From: Betaproteobacteria bacterium
Lineage (GTDB): Bacteria > Pseudomonadota > Gammaproteobacteria > Burkholderiales > Ga0077523
Direction: 5' to 3'
NCBI GenBank assembly: GCA_037141795.1
Contig: JBAXBV010000012.1
Location: 1,987-65,986, forward strand
DNA length: 64,000 nucleotides
Notes under the pieces: model-generated
Databases searched by the model: none
Seen by the model: the letters and a program-made list of their open reading frames with translations, nothing else
Told to the model about the DNA's origin: nothing
Shown here: piece after piece, positions 39,972 through 48,295 of the stretch
How positions within the stretch are numbered: position 1 is the first letter of the stretch
Layout of the letters: every line of letters begins with the position of its first letter
Translations under genes and position numbers: made by a program

Positions 39972-40742
39972 TCAGTCGAACTCCCGGCGCACCGCGTGGG
40001 CGATCTGTTCCGTGAGTTCATCCACCATCAGGTCTCCCTTCTCCCGCGACGCCGCCCGGGCCGACGACAGCACGCCGGAGGGGGGCACCAGTTCCGTCTG
40101 TGGCGGGTACATCTCGTAGGGCGGGAAGTTCGCGGGGCCGTCGTCGGGGATGAGGTCGAGCCGGACGAGGTCGGGGTGGTAGTGCAGCATCATGGAGGTC
40201 TCCAGCACCGCCGCGTGTTCCAGCGCGTAGCCGGGGAAGCCCTCGGGAAAGATCTTCGAGAGGGTCGGGGCGGTGAAGAAGTCCCAGTAGTCCATGCGCA
40301 TGATGGACAGGGGTGGCGTGGCGCCGAATTCGCGCATGGCGAGATCGATGCCTTCGATGAGGAACCACTGATTCTCGTAGTGGCCGTTGCACAGCACCAG
40401 TTTCTTCACGCCGTGGCGGGCGAATTCCCGGACGGTGTCGCGGACCTGTGCCACGAGCGTGGCACCGTCCAGACTGGTGGTACCGCAGAAGTGCTGCCCG
40501 CCGCCGCACTTGGGCTGGGACTTGAAGCCGTAGGCCAGCGGCGGGGCGACGATGCCCGACACGGCCGAGGCGACGCTCTGGGCCACGGCCGTGGCGAGGA
40601 GGTGGTCGGTGCCGAGGGGAAGGTGGGGGCCGTGCTGCTCGGTGGCGCCGCAGGGCAGGAACACCACCGGCTCGTCCCGCTGGACGCGGTCTCGGTAGTC
40701 GGTCCAGCTCATGCGGTTCATCAGGACTTCTTTCGTGCTCAT
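39972..40742 (-). CDS. Creatininase-family amidohydrolase
   Basis: Last 256 aa of ORF 39972..41594(-), starting MSTKEVLMNRMSW. Family motif GATEQHGPHLPLGTD and later NGHYEN. The ATG overlaps the upstream stop (ATGA). Confidence 0.85.
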   Translation of the reverse strand: MSTKEVLMNRMSWTDYRDRVQRDEPVVFLPCGATEQHGPHLPLGTDHLLATAVAQSVASAVSGIVAPPLAYGFKSQPKCGGGQHFCGTTSLDGATLVAQVRDTVREFARHGVKKLVLCNGHYENQWFLIEGIDLAMREFGATPPLSIMRMDYWDFFTAPTLSKIFPEGFPGYALEHAAVLETSMMLHYHPDLVRLDLIPDDGPANFPPYEMYPPQTELVPPSGVLSSARAASREKGDLMVDELTEQIAHAVRREFD

Positions 40743-41653
40743 GGCGACCTCGTGGTTCGTGGGAGAGTGGTGTCGGCGGGTGGGGGCGGGTCGACGGAGA
40801 ACGCTTCCAGCAGTGCGGCGGACGTGATGAGGGCGGCCCCGGCCCACCCGCCGGCGTCCAGCCGCTCGCCGGAGATCAGCATGGCCGAGGCCACGGCTGT
40901 CAGCAGTTCGAAGATGACCAGCACGGCGGCGCGTCCCGCCTCGAGATTGGAGACGCCGTAGGTCTGGGTGCCCATGGCGGCCGTCAACCACAGGCCGGCG
41001 AACGCCGCCAGGCCTGCAGCAAGCCCGGCGGAGATGGGGGGCAGGCCGTGGCGTGCCACGGGAATCAGGGCGGCCCCCACCACGGCGCACCCGACGAAGG
41101 CGATGAGGGTCTTGGGCAGCACCGGCACGCGGTCGGAGGCCCGGGCGCAGATGTTCTGGGACGCGTAGAACAGGCCGGCCCCCACCGCCGCGAGATCGAG
41201 CAGGCCGGGGGGTTGCGCCAGGATGGCCGGGCCGCCCAGCACCAGAAAGGCCCCGGCGATGGCCAGCACCGCACCGGCGGCCCGCAGTCTGGTGATGCGC
41301 TCGCCCAGGAACAGGCGCCCGCCCAGCACGCCCCACACGGGCACGAGGTAGAAAAGCAGCATGGACCGGGCGACCTCGCCGAACATGACGGCGGTGGTGA
41401 AGCACGCATTGGCGAGCCCGCAGAAGGCGGCTGCCCCGGCCACCAGCCGCCACTGCGGCAGCCACTGGAGCCGCAGGCGGAAGATCCACGGCAGCGCCAC
41501 GACACCCACCAGCCCGTAAGTGCAGAGCGTCATGGTGAGGCCCGTGAGCCCCTGGGACGCGAAGTGCTTGAGGGGGATCCAGGCGGTCCCCCACAGGACG
41601 CCGCTCAGCAGCAGCGACAGGACGGCGAGACCCGGTGCCCCCGCGCCGGTCAC
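40739..41653 (-). CDS. EamA/DMT family transporter
   Basis: 304 aa with about 10 TM segments. Confidence 0.8.
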   Translation of the reverse strand: MTGAGAPGLAVLSLLLSGVLWGTAWIPLKHFASQGLTGLTMTLCTYGLVGVVALPWIFRLRLQWLPQWRLVAGAAAFCGLANACFTTAVMFGEVARSMLLFYLVPVWGVLGGRLFLGERITRLRAAGAVLAIAGAFLVLGGPAILAQPPGLLDLAAVGAGLFYASQNICARASDRVPVLPKTLIAFVGCAVVGAALIPVARHGLPPISAGLAAGLAAFAGLWLTAAMGTQTYGVSNLEAGRAAVLVIFELLTAVASAMLISGERLDAGGWAGAALITSAALLEAFSVDPPPPADTTLPRTTRSP

Positions 41654-41654
41654 G

Positions 41655-42686
41655 TCAGACGACCGTCAGGAACGACACGCCGTGCGCGCCCATGAAGCCG
41701 TCGGCGCGCCGGGGGCCGGCGCGGACGCTGCCGTAGTCCTCTCCGAGCACCCGGTTGACGCGGTTGCGGTGGAACGTGCGCAGCAATTCCCGCAGGGGCA
41801 ACAGACAGGGCGTGGCATCGCCGTAGAGTTCGCGGTGCAGGGCGGGCAGGCGGTACCAGGGTACCGACGCGCGCTCGTGGTGGGCGTTGTGGTAGCCGAA
41901 GTTGAGCGTGAGGAGGTTCAGCACAGGGTGGCGGGTGGACACCACGTTGGAGTAGGTGTTGGCCTGCTCGAAGGCGCGGTCCCGGCCGTTCATGGGCACC
42001 TCGACGTTCTCGTCGCTGGTGAAGTACTGGTCGAAGGTGTGGTGGAAGGCGTCGAAGAAATTGAGCGTGGTGAGCAGCAGCCAGTAGGCCGCGGCGTAGC
42101 CGGCGAGTGCCCAGGGCGAGACGACCCAGAGCGCCGCGAACAGGGCGAGACGGCTGATCAGGACCGCCAGCACCCGGCCGCGCCGGTCCCGCTCCCGGGC
42201 GTGGGTGAACGGCCGCCAGAGCAGCTGGGCGTGCATGAGCATTTCGACGGCGGGCACGTGGGCCCACTCGAGGGTGCGCACCAGCCGGCGCAGCGCGGGG
42301 TGACGCTGCAGCAGAGCCTTGTAGTCGAACACGGTGACGTCCGCGCGGTCCCGGTGGTGGCGCAGGTGCATGTGACGGATGCGCTCGAAGGACGCGTAGG
42401 CCGCCCCGCAGATCCAGCCGGCGAGCTCGCCCGTCAGGCGGTTGTGCCGGGGGTCGCGGAACAGGGTGAAGTGCGCCGCTTCGTGAATGAGATACGCAGC
42501 GATGACCATGGTGTGGGCGCACAGCAATATCCCGGCCATCACCGGCAGCACGGACGGGCGGGTCAGCAGGATCAGGGCGAGCAGGTGGCCGAGGGTGACG
42601 TAGCCGATCGCCAGCGAATTGGGCAGGACGCCTTCGCGTTCGCGCATCAGACCCCGATAGGGCATGTCCCGGGTTGCTTGTGGCAT
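41655..42686 (-). CDS. Integral-membrane fatty-acid-desaturase-superfamily di-iron protein (paralogue A)
   Basis: His boxes HEAAH, HLRHH, HNAHH, with hydrophobic segments between them. Ends GVSFLTVV. By alignment with paralogue B the true start may be the internal MREREG (42647). Confidence 0.8.
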   Translation of the reverse strand: MPQATRDMPYRGLMREREGVLPNSLAIGYVTLGHLLALILLTRPSVLPVMAGILLCAHTMVIAAYLIHEAAHFTLFRDPRHNRLTGELAGWICGAAYASFERIRHMHLRHHRDRADVTVFDYKALLQRHPALRRLVRTLEWAHVPAVEMLMHAQLLWRPFTHARERDRRGRVLAVLISRLALFAALWVVSPWALAGYAAAYWLLLTTLNFFDAFHHTFDQYFTSDENVEVPMNGRDRAFEQANTYSNVVSTRHPVLNLLTLNFGYHNAHHERASVPWYRLPALHRELYGDATPCLLPLRELLRTFHRNRVNRVLGEDYGSVRAGPRRADGFMGAHGVSFLTVV

Positions 42687-42812
42687 GGGCGGACTCCACT
42701 GGATTGCGGGGGCGGTCGCAAAGCGCTACCGTTGCGTGATGAGTACAAATGTAGCATTAAAAATAGGCGCATTTATCGTTCCTGCCAACCTGTGTACCGG
42801 GCGGGCGGCGGG

Positions 42813-43280
42813 ATGAGCGAGGGCAGACGCAACGCGTCCTCGGGGCGGGCGCGGGTCTCCGCCGGAGAGGCGGCCGGGGGCGTGGGCAAGGCTGGTGCAG
42901 GCAGGGCCGGCGCGCGTTCCGTCGCGGTGCGTGAAGTCGGCCGGCGGACCCGCTTTCTTCGTGGCCTGAGGGAACTGGACACGGCCTGGGTCGAGTCCTT
43001 TCACGAGACCGGCCTGTCGGATGTCTATTTCTCCCGCCTGTTCACGGAACTGTGGCTGCGCGGGGACATGCCGGTTCCGAAGACCGATGCCTACAGCTAC
43101 GTGAAGGGCGTCGGGGTGCAGACCGCCATGAAGTACGTGAAGCGCGCGATCGACCAGGGCTACCTGGAGGAACTCGACAACCCCGCCGACGGCCGGTCCC
43201 GGCTGATCCGGATGACTCCCCGGTTGCGGACCGCTTTCGAGTCGGTCATCGACCGCGCGGCGGCAGCCTTCGGCCTCTGA
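42813..43280 (+). CDS. MarR-like winged-helix regulator (divergent from the desaturase cluster)
   Basis: In-frame tail of ORF 41520..43280(+). GVQTAMKYVKRAIDQGYLEELDNPADGRSRLIRMTPRL resembles a MarR recognition helix plus wing. The N-terminal 40 aa are low-complexity, so the start is uncertain. Confidence 0.55.
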   Translation: MSEGRRNASSGRARVSAGEAAGGVGKAGAGRAGARSVAVREVGRRTRFLRGLRELDTAWVESFHETGLSDVYFSRLFTELWLRGDMPVPKTDAYSYVKGVGVQTAMKYVKRAIDQGYLEELDNPADGRSRLIRMTPRLRTAFESVIDRAAAAFGL

Positions 43281-43489
43281 GACCTCCCGGGGCCGTCCGG
43301 CCTGCCTCCGCCGGTACGGCGGATTGGTCTGGACGGCTCATCGGGGGCACCGTATGGCTGTCATGGGCGGCTGATCAATCCGTGCCAAAGGTCTCTCCGG
43401 CGCGGCGCCGGGGAGCGCATGCCGCCGGGGGCTGGCCGAAGAGCACCGATCCGCCGCGATCCGTTCACTCGACATTCCTGGAGACAAGC

Positions 43490-45088
43490 ATGTTCAATCG
43501 TTCCATTCTCGCGACCGCCGTCGTGGCCGCCCTGGCGTCCATGGCGGGACAGGCGGCCCACGCTGCCACCGGACCCAGCAGTTCCCAGACGCCCTACATC
43601 ACCCCGACTGCCGCCGGCTGGTCGGTGACCTCGATCCTGACGGTGGGCGATTCCGTCAACAACAAGCCCGATGGCACGCCGTACAGGATGGTGGGCATCC
43701 CCGATGGCCTCGGTGCCTATGACAGCGGAGTGAAGAGCTTCGGTGGCGTCGACTACGACACGGTCACGGTGCTGATGGCTCACGAACTCGGGAGCTCCTC
43801 CGGCATCACCCGGGCGCACGGGGCGGCAGGCGCCTTCGTCTCCGAGTGGGTGATCAGCAAGAGCGATTTCCGGGTCCTGAACGGTAGCGACCTGATCACC
43901 TCGCATCAGGTCGCGACCGGGTCGGGTACCTGGGGCGCCGCATCCGGGGCCGCCAACAGTTTCAATCGCTTCTGCTCTGCGGACCTGCCCGCCGTGTCCG
44001 CCCTCTACAACGCGGCGACCGGCCTCGGCACCCAGGCCCGAATCTTCATGAACGGCGAGGAAGCTGGCGCCGAAGGTCGCGCCTACGGCATCGTCGCGAC
44101 CGGCTCCGACAAGGGCAAGGCCTACCAGCTGCCGAGCCTCGGGCGCTTTTCCTGGGAGAACTCGCTTGCCAACCCCTATTCCGGAAACCGCACCGTGGTG
44201 ATCGGCACGGATGACAGCTCTCCCGGTCAGGTGTACCTGTACGTGGGCAACAAGAGCAACACCGGCAACGAGATCCAGAAGGCGGGCCTCGACGGGGGGT
44301 CCCTCTACGGTATCGCGGTGGCCGGCAAGCCCACCGAGACGAACAACGCGATCCCCGCCACGGGGTCGTTCACGGCGGTCGCCCTGAGCAACAACCAGTG
44401 GAACAGCACGGGAGCCAGTCTGCAGACCGAGAGCACCACCAAGGGCGTCACCGAGTTTGCTCGTCCCGAGGACGGCCACTGGGCAGACGAGAAGACCTTC
44501 TACTTCGTCACCACGGGGCGCAGCACGGTGCAGGGCAAGCTCTACAAGATGGACTTCAATGCCACCCTCGGCGACGGCTCGGTGGATTACACGCAGGGCG
44601 CAATCTCCGTGATTCTCGACTCCACCAATGTCACCGGCAAGGATGGGGCCAAGGTAACCATCGCCGGCTTCGACAACATGACGGTGACCAACGACGGGAA
44701 GATCATCATCCAGGACGATCCCGGCAACAACGCCTACAACGCGAAGACCTGGCTGGTGGACCCGAGTACCGGTGCCTACGAGCAGATCTTCGAGTCCGAT
44801 CGGACGCGGTTCGGGACGTCCCAGGCGGGTAATGCGCTCCCGGCAACGGCACCCTTCAGCACCGATGAGGAAAACTCGGGCGTGATCGAGGTCACGGACG
44901 TGCTGAACCGCAACGACGGCAACCGCTATTTCCTGGGCGTGATGCAGGCCCACTACGGGATCAGCGGCGAACTCGTGGAGGGCGGCCAGCTTTACGTGAT
45001 GGCCGTGCCGGAACCGGAAACCTACGCCCTGATGGGGGCCGGTCTCGGCCTGCTGGGTGTTGTCGCCCGGCGTCGCCGGAAGGCCTGA
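43490..45088 (+). CDS. Secreted PEP-CTERM-anchored protein, PhoX/DUF839 (COG3211)-like beta-propeller
   Basis: Tail of ORF 43052..45088, starting MFNRSILATAVVAALASMAGQAAHA (signal peptide). GIPDGLGAY...LMAHEL, GRFSWEN, RPEDGHW, FDNMTV...IIQDDPGNN resemble PhoX-family blocks. C-terminal VPEPETYALMGAGLGLLGVVARRRRKA is a PEP-CTERM sorting signal. Confidence 0.75.
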   Translation: MFNRSILATAVVAALASMAGQAAHAATGPSSSQTPYITPTAAGWSVTSILTVGDSVNNKPDGTPYRMVGIPDGLGAYDSGVKSFGGVDYDTVTVLMAHELGSSSGITRAHGAAGAFVSEWVISKSDFRVLNGSDLITSHQVATGSGTWGAASGAANSFNRFCSADLPAVSALYNAATGLGTQARIFMNGEEAGAEGRAYGIVATGSDKGKAYQLPSLGRFSWENSLANPYSGNRTVVIGTDDSSPGQVYLYVGNKSNTGNEIQKAGLDGGSLYGIAVAGKPTETNNAIPATGSFTAVALSNNQWNSTGASLQTESTTKGVTEFARPEDGHWADEKTFYFVTTGRSTVQGKLYKMDFNATLGDGSVDYTQGAISVILDSTNVTGKDGAKVTIAGFDNMTVTNDGKIIIQDDPGNNAYNAKTWLVDPSTGAYEQIFESDRTRFGTSQAGNALPATAPFSTDEENSGVIEVTDVLNRNDGNRYFLGVMQAHYGISGELVEGGQLYVMAVPEPETYALMGAGLGLLGVVARRRRKA

Positions 45089-45111
45089 CGTCTCCGCGGT
45101 TGCAGAGCGGC

Positions 45112-45141
45112 GGGGGACGTCCACGGGCGTTCCCCGTTTTT
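45112..45141 (+). terminator. Rho-independent terminator after the PEP-CTERM gene
   Basis: GGGGGACG-tccacggg-CGTTCCCC (8 bp including one G-U), followed by G-TTTTT. Lies 24 nt after the stop. Confidence 0.55.
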
Positions 45142-45168
45142 CATGCCACGCGTTTCGACGGAACGAAG

Positions 45169-45963
45169 TTAGTGCATCAGCTCGCCGTTGCTCGCGACCA
45201 GCGACTGGCCGGTGATGGCCCTCGCGTCGTCCGAGGCGAGGAACAGGTAGACGCCGGCGATGTCCGCGGGCTCGAGCAGGGTCGGGAAGGCCTGCGACGC
45301 GAGGATTTCCTGCAGCAGGACGTCTTCGGACACGCCGCGCTCCCCGGCCATGGCCGCGAGCGAGCGCATCGAGGCCTCGGTGCGCACCCAGCCGGGACAG
45401 ACCGCGTTGACCCGAATGCCGCGCGGCGCGAGTTCCCGTGCGAGGGATCGGGTGAGGCCCAGGACCGCGTGCTTGCTGGCCACGTAGGCGGAGAATCCGC
45501 CCACGGCCGTGTGGCCCCAGATCGAGGACTGATTGATGATGCTGCCGCCTGGTCGCAGGTGCGGCAGCAGCGCGCGGGTGATTCGCAGCATCGAGGTCAC
45601 GTTGTTGTCCATCAGCCACTGCCAGCGGTCCATGGCCTCGGGGCGGGAGTCGTCCACGGGCGTGGGGTATTCGGTGCCCGCGTTGTTGACGAGCACGCCC
45701 ACGTGGCCGAGTGCCTGCGCGATGTCCGCCTGGACCCGCCGGACGTCGGCGTCGGTGTTGAGATCGGCGCTGAAGCCGTGGACCTCGGCCTGCCCGGACA
45801 GCGCGCGGGCCGCGTCGGCCACCCGGCTGGCGTCCCGATCCAAGAGGGCGAGGCGGGCGCCCTGTGCCGCGAAGGCCGTGGCGATGCCCCGGCCGATGCC
45901 TGTCGCCGCCCCGGTGATGACTACCGGGACATTGTCGAGGCCGTAGCGGGGGGAGGTGGACAC
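45169..45963 (-). CDS. Short-chain dehydrogenase/reductase (SDR)
   Basis: 264 aa. TGAATGIGRGIA and YVASKHAV motifs. Begins 13 nt after the desaturase-like gene. Confidence 0.9.
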   Translation of the reverse strand: MSTSPRYGLDNVPVVITGAATGIGRGIATAFAAQGARLALLDRDASRVADAARALSGQAEVHGFSADLNTDADVRRVQADIAQALGHVGVLVNNAGTEYPTPVDDSRPEAMDRWQWLMDNNVTSMLRITRALLPHLRPGGSIINQSSIWGHTAVGGFSAYVASKHAVLGLTRSLARELAPRGIRVNAVCPGWVRTEASMRSLAAMAGERGVSEDVLLQEILASQAFPTLLEPADIAGVYLFLASDDARAITGQSLVASNGELMH

Positions 45964-45976
45964 GACGCCGTGCGCC

Positions 45977-46981
45977 TCAGACCGCCGTGAGGAACGAGAC
46001 GCCTACCGCGCCGAGGAAGCGATCGGCCTTGCCCGGCCCGTCGCCCACCTCGCCGTAGTCGCTTGCCAGGACCCGGCGTACGCGGTCGCGGTGGTATCCG
46101 CGCAGCAGTTCCCGCATGGGAATCACCTGCCGGTACGCGCCGGGGAACAGCTGCTCGTGCAGCGCCGGCAACTCGTGCCACGCGGCAATGGGGCGTTCGT
46201 GGTGGGCGTTGTGGTAGGAGAAATTGAGCAGCAGCAGGTTGAGCCACGGGTGGCCCGCGGAGACGAGGTTCGAGTAGGTGTTGGCCTGCTCGTAGGCGCG
46301 GTCCCGCACCTTGTCGCCGGGGATTTCGCTGCCCTCGGGACCCGCGAAGGCGTCGTAGGTGTGCTGGTAGGCGTCGGCGAAGCGCAGCGCGTGCAGCATG
46401 AGGAGATAGGCCACGCCGTACAGCACGAGGGCCCGCGGGCTCAGCCAGGCCAGGGCGGCGAACGCGGCAATCCGCACGGCCAGCACCAGCACCACGCGCA
46501 GGCGGCCGTCACGGTGACCGGGGTCCAGGAAAGGCAGCGCGATCACGTAGCCGTGCATGAGGAACTCGACGGCAGGAATCCACGCCCACTCCAGGGCGAG
46601 CACCAGCCTGCGCAGCCACGCGGGCCAGCCATTCAGCACCTGACGGTATTCGACGGACACCACGTCCGCCCGGTCCAGGTGGTGGCGCATGTGCTTGCGC
46701 CGCAGGTTCGCGAAGCTGGCATAGGCGCTCCCGGTGACCCAGGTCATGAGGGTGCCCCACCGGTTGTTCGCCCCGGCCGTGCGGAACACCGACTGGTGGG
46801 CGAACTCGTGCAGGAAATACGCGGCGTAGACGAGGGTGTGGGCCGTCAGGAGCACGCCGAGCGCGTTCCAGCCCCAGTGGTCCGCCACGAGCAGGCACAC
46901 GCCCGCGGCATAGCCCGCCAGCGTGTAGGCCAGGGCAACGGTGTTGGGCAGCGCGCCCGTGTCGGATCGGAAAATCTTCAT
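45977..46981 (-). CDS. Integral-membrane fatty-acid-desaturase-superfamily di-iron protein (paralogue B)
   Basis: Track ORF 45977..47068(-), which has a GTG start. ATG at 46981 (MKIFRSDTGALPNTVALAY) aligns with paralogue A. His boxes HEFAH, HMRHH, HNAHH. Ends GVSFLTAV. Confidence 0.8.
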   Translation of the reverse strand: MKIFRSDTGALPNTVALAYTLAGYAAGVCLLVADHWGWNALGVLLTAHTLVYAAYFLHEFAHQSVFRTAGANNRWGTLMTWVTGSAYASFANLRRKHMRHHLDRADVVSVEYRQVLNGWPAWLRRLVLALEWAWIPAVEFLMHGYVIALPFLDPGHRDGRLRVVLVLAVRIAAFAALAWLSPRALVLYGVAYLLMLHALRFADAYQHTYDAFAGPEGSEIPGDKVRDRAYEQANTYSNLVSAGHPWLNLLLLNFSYHNAHHERPIAAWHELPALHEQLFPGAYRQVIPMRELLRGYHRDRVRRVLASDYGEVGDGPGKADRFLGAVGVSFLTAV

Positions 46982-47075
46982 CTCGCCCTGTCTCGCGGAA
47001 GGAATGACTGCGCCTTTCGACGCGCCGGCGGGCTTGGTGTTCCCGCGCCGCCGGCGCACCCGTGTCACCGGGCGG

Positions 47076-48077
47076 TCACTTCGCCATCGTGGCGGCGATG
47101 CTGCCGTCCATCGTGTCCTCGGTCTTCGGGATCGCCTTGATCTCGCCCTTGGCCTTGAGAATCTTCGAGATCACGGCACCACTGCCGAACAGGGACGTGG
47201 TCTCGGCACTCTTGGCGAAGACCTTCGGAAACTCCTGCGGGGTCAGGTTGTACACGCCGGACAGCTGCTCGAGGACTTCCTTGTCGCTGATCCCCATCAC
47301 CTTGCCGATCAGCTTGGCGGCCTCGGCGGGGCTCTTCTTCATGTACTCCAGCCCGTCGATGTAGCCCTGGATGAGCGCCTTGACCGCGGCCGGGTTCTTC
47401 TTGATGTACTCGCTCTTGAACACGAGCACGTCGGTGATGAGCCCGGGGGCATCCTTGGAGGAGAAGACCACGTGGAATTTCTTGCCGCCGTCCATGGCCA
47501 CGATCTCGGAGACGCTGGGCTCGTACGTCACGCCGATCTTGACGCCACCGGAGGCGAGACCTGCCGGCACGCCCTCGGGCGGCATGTTCACGGGCTTGAT
47601 GTCCGACTCGGACAGCTTGTTGGTCTGCAGGGCGTAGGACAGCAGGAAGTCGGAGGGCGACAGGGGGTTGTAGGCGATCTTCTGCCCCTTGAACTGGGCC
47701 ACGGAGGTGATGTCCTTGGTGGCCACGATGGCGTCGCCGCCGTTGGAGTAGTCGATGGGCATGACCACCTTCATGGAAGAGCCCTTGGCCACGGAACTGA
47801 CCACCTGGTCGTAGGTGATCATGCCGCCGTCCACGGAACCGCCGGTCACGGCGGGCGGGATGAGGGCGGGGTCGTTGAAGATCTGCATGGTGACCTTCAC
47901 GCCCGATTTCTTGAAGAGATCCAGCTGGTCGGCCACATAGAACGGGCCGTAGCCGATCCAGATCACGGTGCCCACCTTGATCGGGGTCGCCGCAAAGGCG
48001 GCGGCGGACAGCACAGACCCGGCAAGGCAGGCAAGAGCCAGCCCGGTCCGGCGCAGCAGGGAAGACGAAGTCAGCAT
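47076..48077 (-). CDS. NitT/TauT-family ABC transporter substrate-binding protein (riboswitch-controlled; probable guanidine-binding component)
   Basis: 333 aa with signal peptide. VIWIGYGPFYVAD...ITYDQ...SPSDFLL...IGVTYEP. AGGAG SD 3 nt plus upstream. Preceded by ykkC copy B. Confidence 0.85.
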   Translation of the reverse strand: MLTSSSLLRRTGLALACLAGSVLSAAAFAATPIKVGTVIWIGYGPFYVADQLDLFKKSGVKVTMQIFNDPALIPPAVTGGSVDGGMITYDQVVSSVAKGSSMKVVMPIDYSNGGDAIVATKDITSVAQFKGQKIAYNPLSPSDFLLSYALQTNKLSESDIKPVNMPPEGVPAGLASGGVKIGVTYEPSVSEIVAMDGGKKFHVVFSSKDAPGLITDVLVFKSEYIKKNPAAVKALIQGYIDGLEYMKKSPAEAAKLIGKVMGISDKEVLEQLSGVYNLTPQEFPKVFAKSAETTSLFGSGAVISKILKAKGEIKAIPKTEDTMDGSIAATMAK

Positions 48078-48120
48078 GATGGAGCTCCTGGGTTGGGAAA
48101 CATGGCACGGGAGCCGTCTC

Positions 48121-48227
48121 GCTCTCCCGGGCTTTTATCCCTCCGTGGAGCTCCGTGAACCCGGAGCCGGGCCGCTCTCGGACCAGACGCCCTCGCTCAG
48201 CGCGATGGCCGGAACCCTAGCTGCCCT
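48121..48227 (-). promoter_or_regulatory. Guanidine-I (ykkC subtype 1) riboswitch, copy B
   Basis: The - strand reads GGGCAGCTAGGGTTCCGG...CTGGTCCGAGAGCGGCCC...CCACGGAGGGATAAAAGCCCGGGAGAGC. The three invariant ykkC blocks and a P1 closing helix are present. Confidence 0.8.
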
Positions 48228-48280
48228 CGACGATGTCCCGCGGGTGGCCACGAGACGACTTGCCGTTCGATCCCTCTTTC

Positions 48281-48295
48281 GCAAACCCGGTGCCA
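48281..48295 (-). promoter_or_regulatory. Sigma54 (-24/-12) promoter for the SBP/desaturase/SDR unit
   Basis: The - strand reads TGGCACcgggtTTGC with canonical GG-N10-GC spacing. It lies about 50 nt upstream of riboswitch B. Confidence 0.6.

Noticed and set aside
42687-42812. Possible ykkC riboswitch or sigma54 promoter upstream of desaturase paralogue A
   Set aside because: None of the CTAGGGTTCCGG, GGTCCGAGAG or GCCCGGGAG blocks is present, and there is no TGGCAC-N5-TTGC. The region is merely AT-rich (42730-42790), consistent with ordinary divergent sigma70 promoters whose hexamers I could not place confidently.
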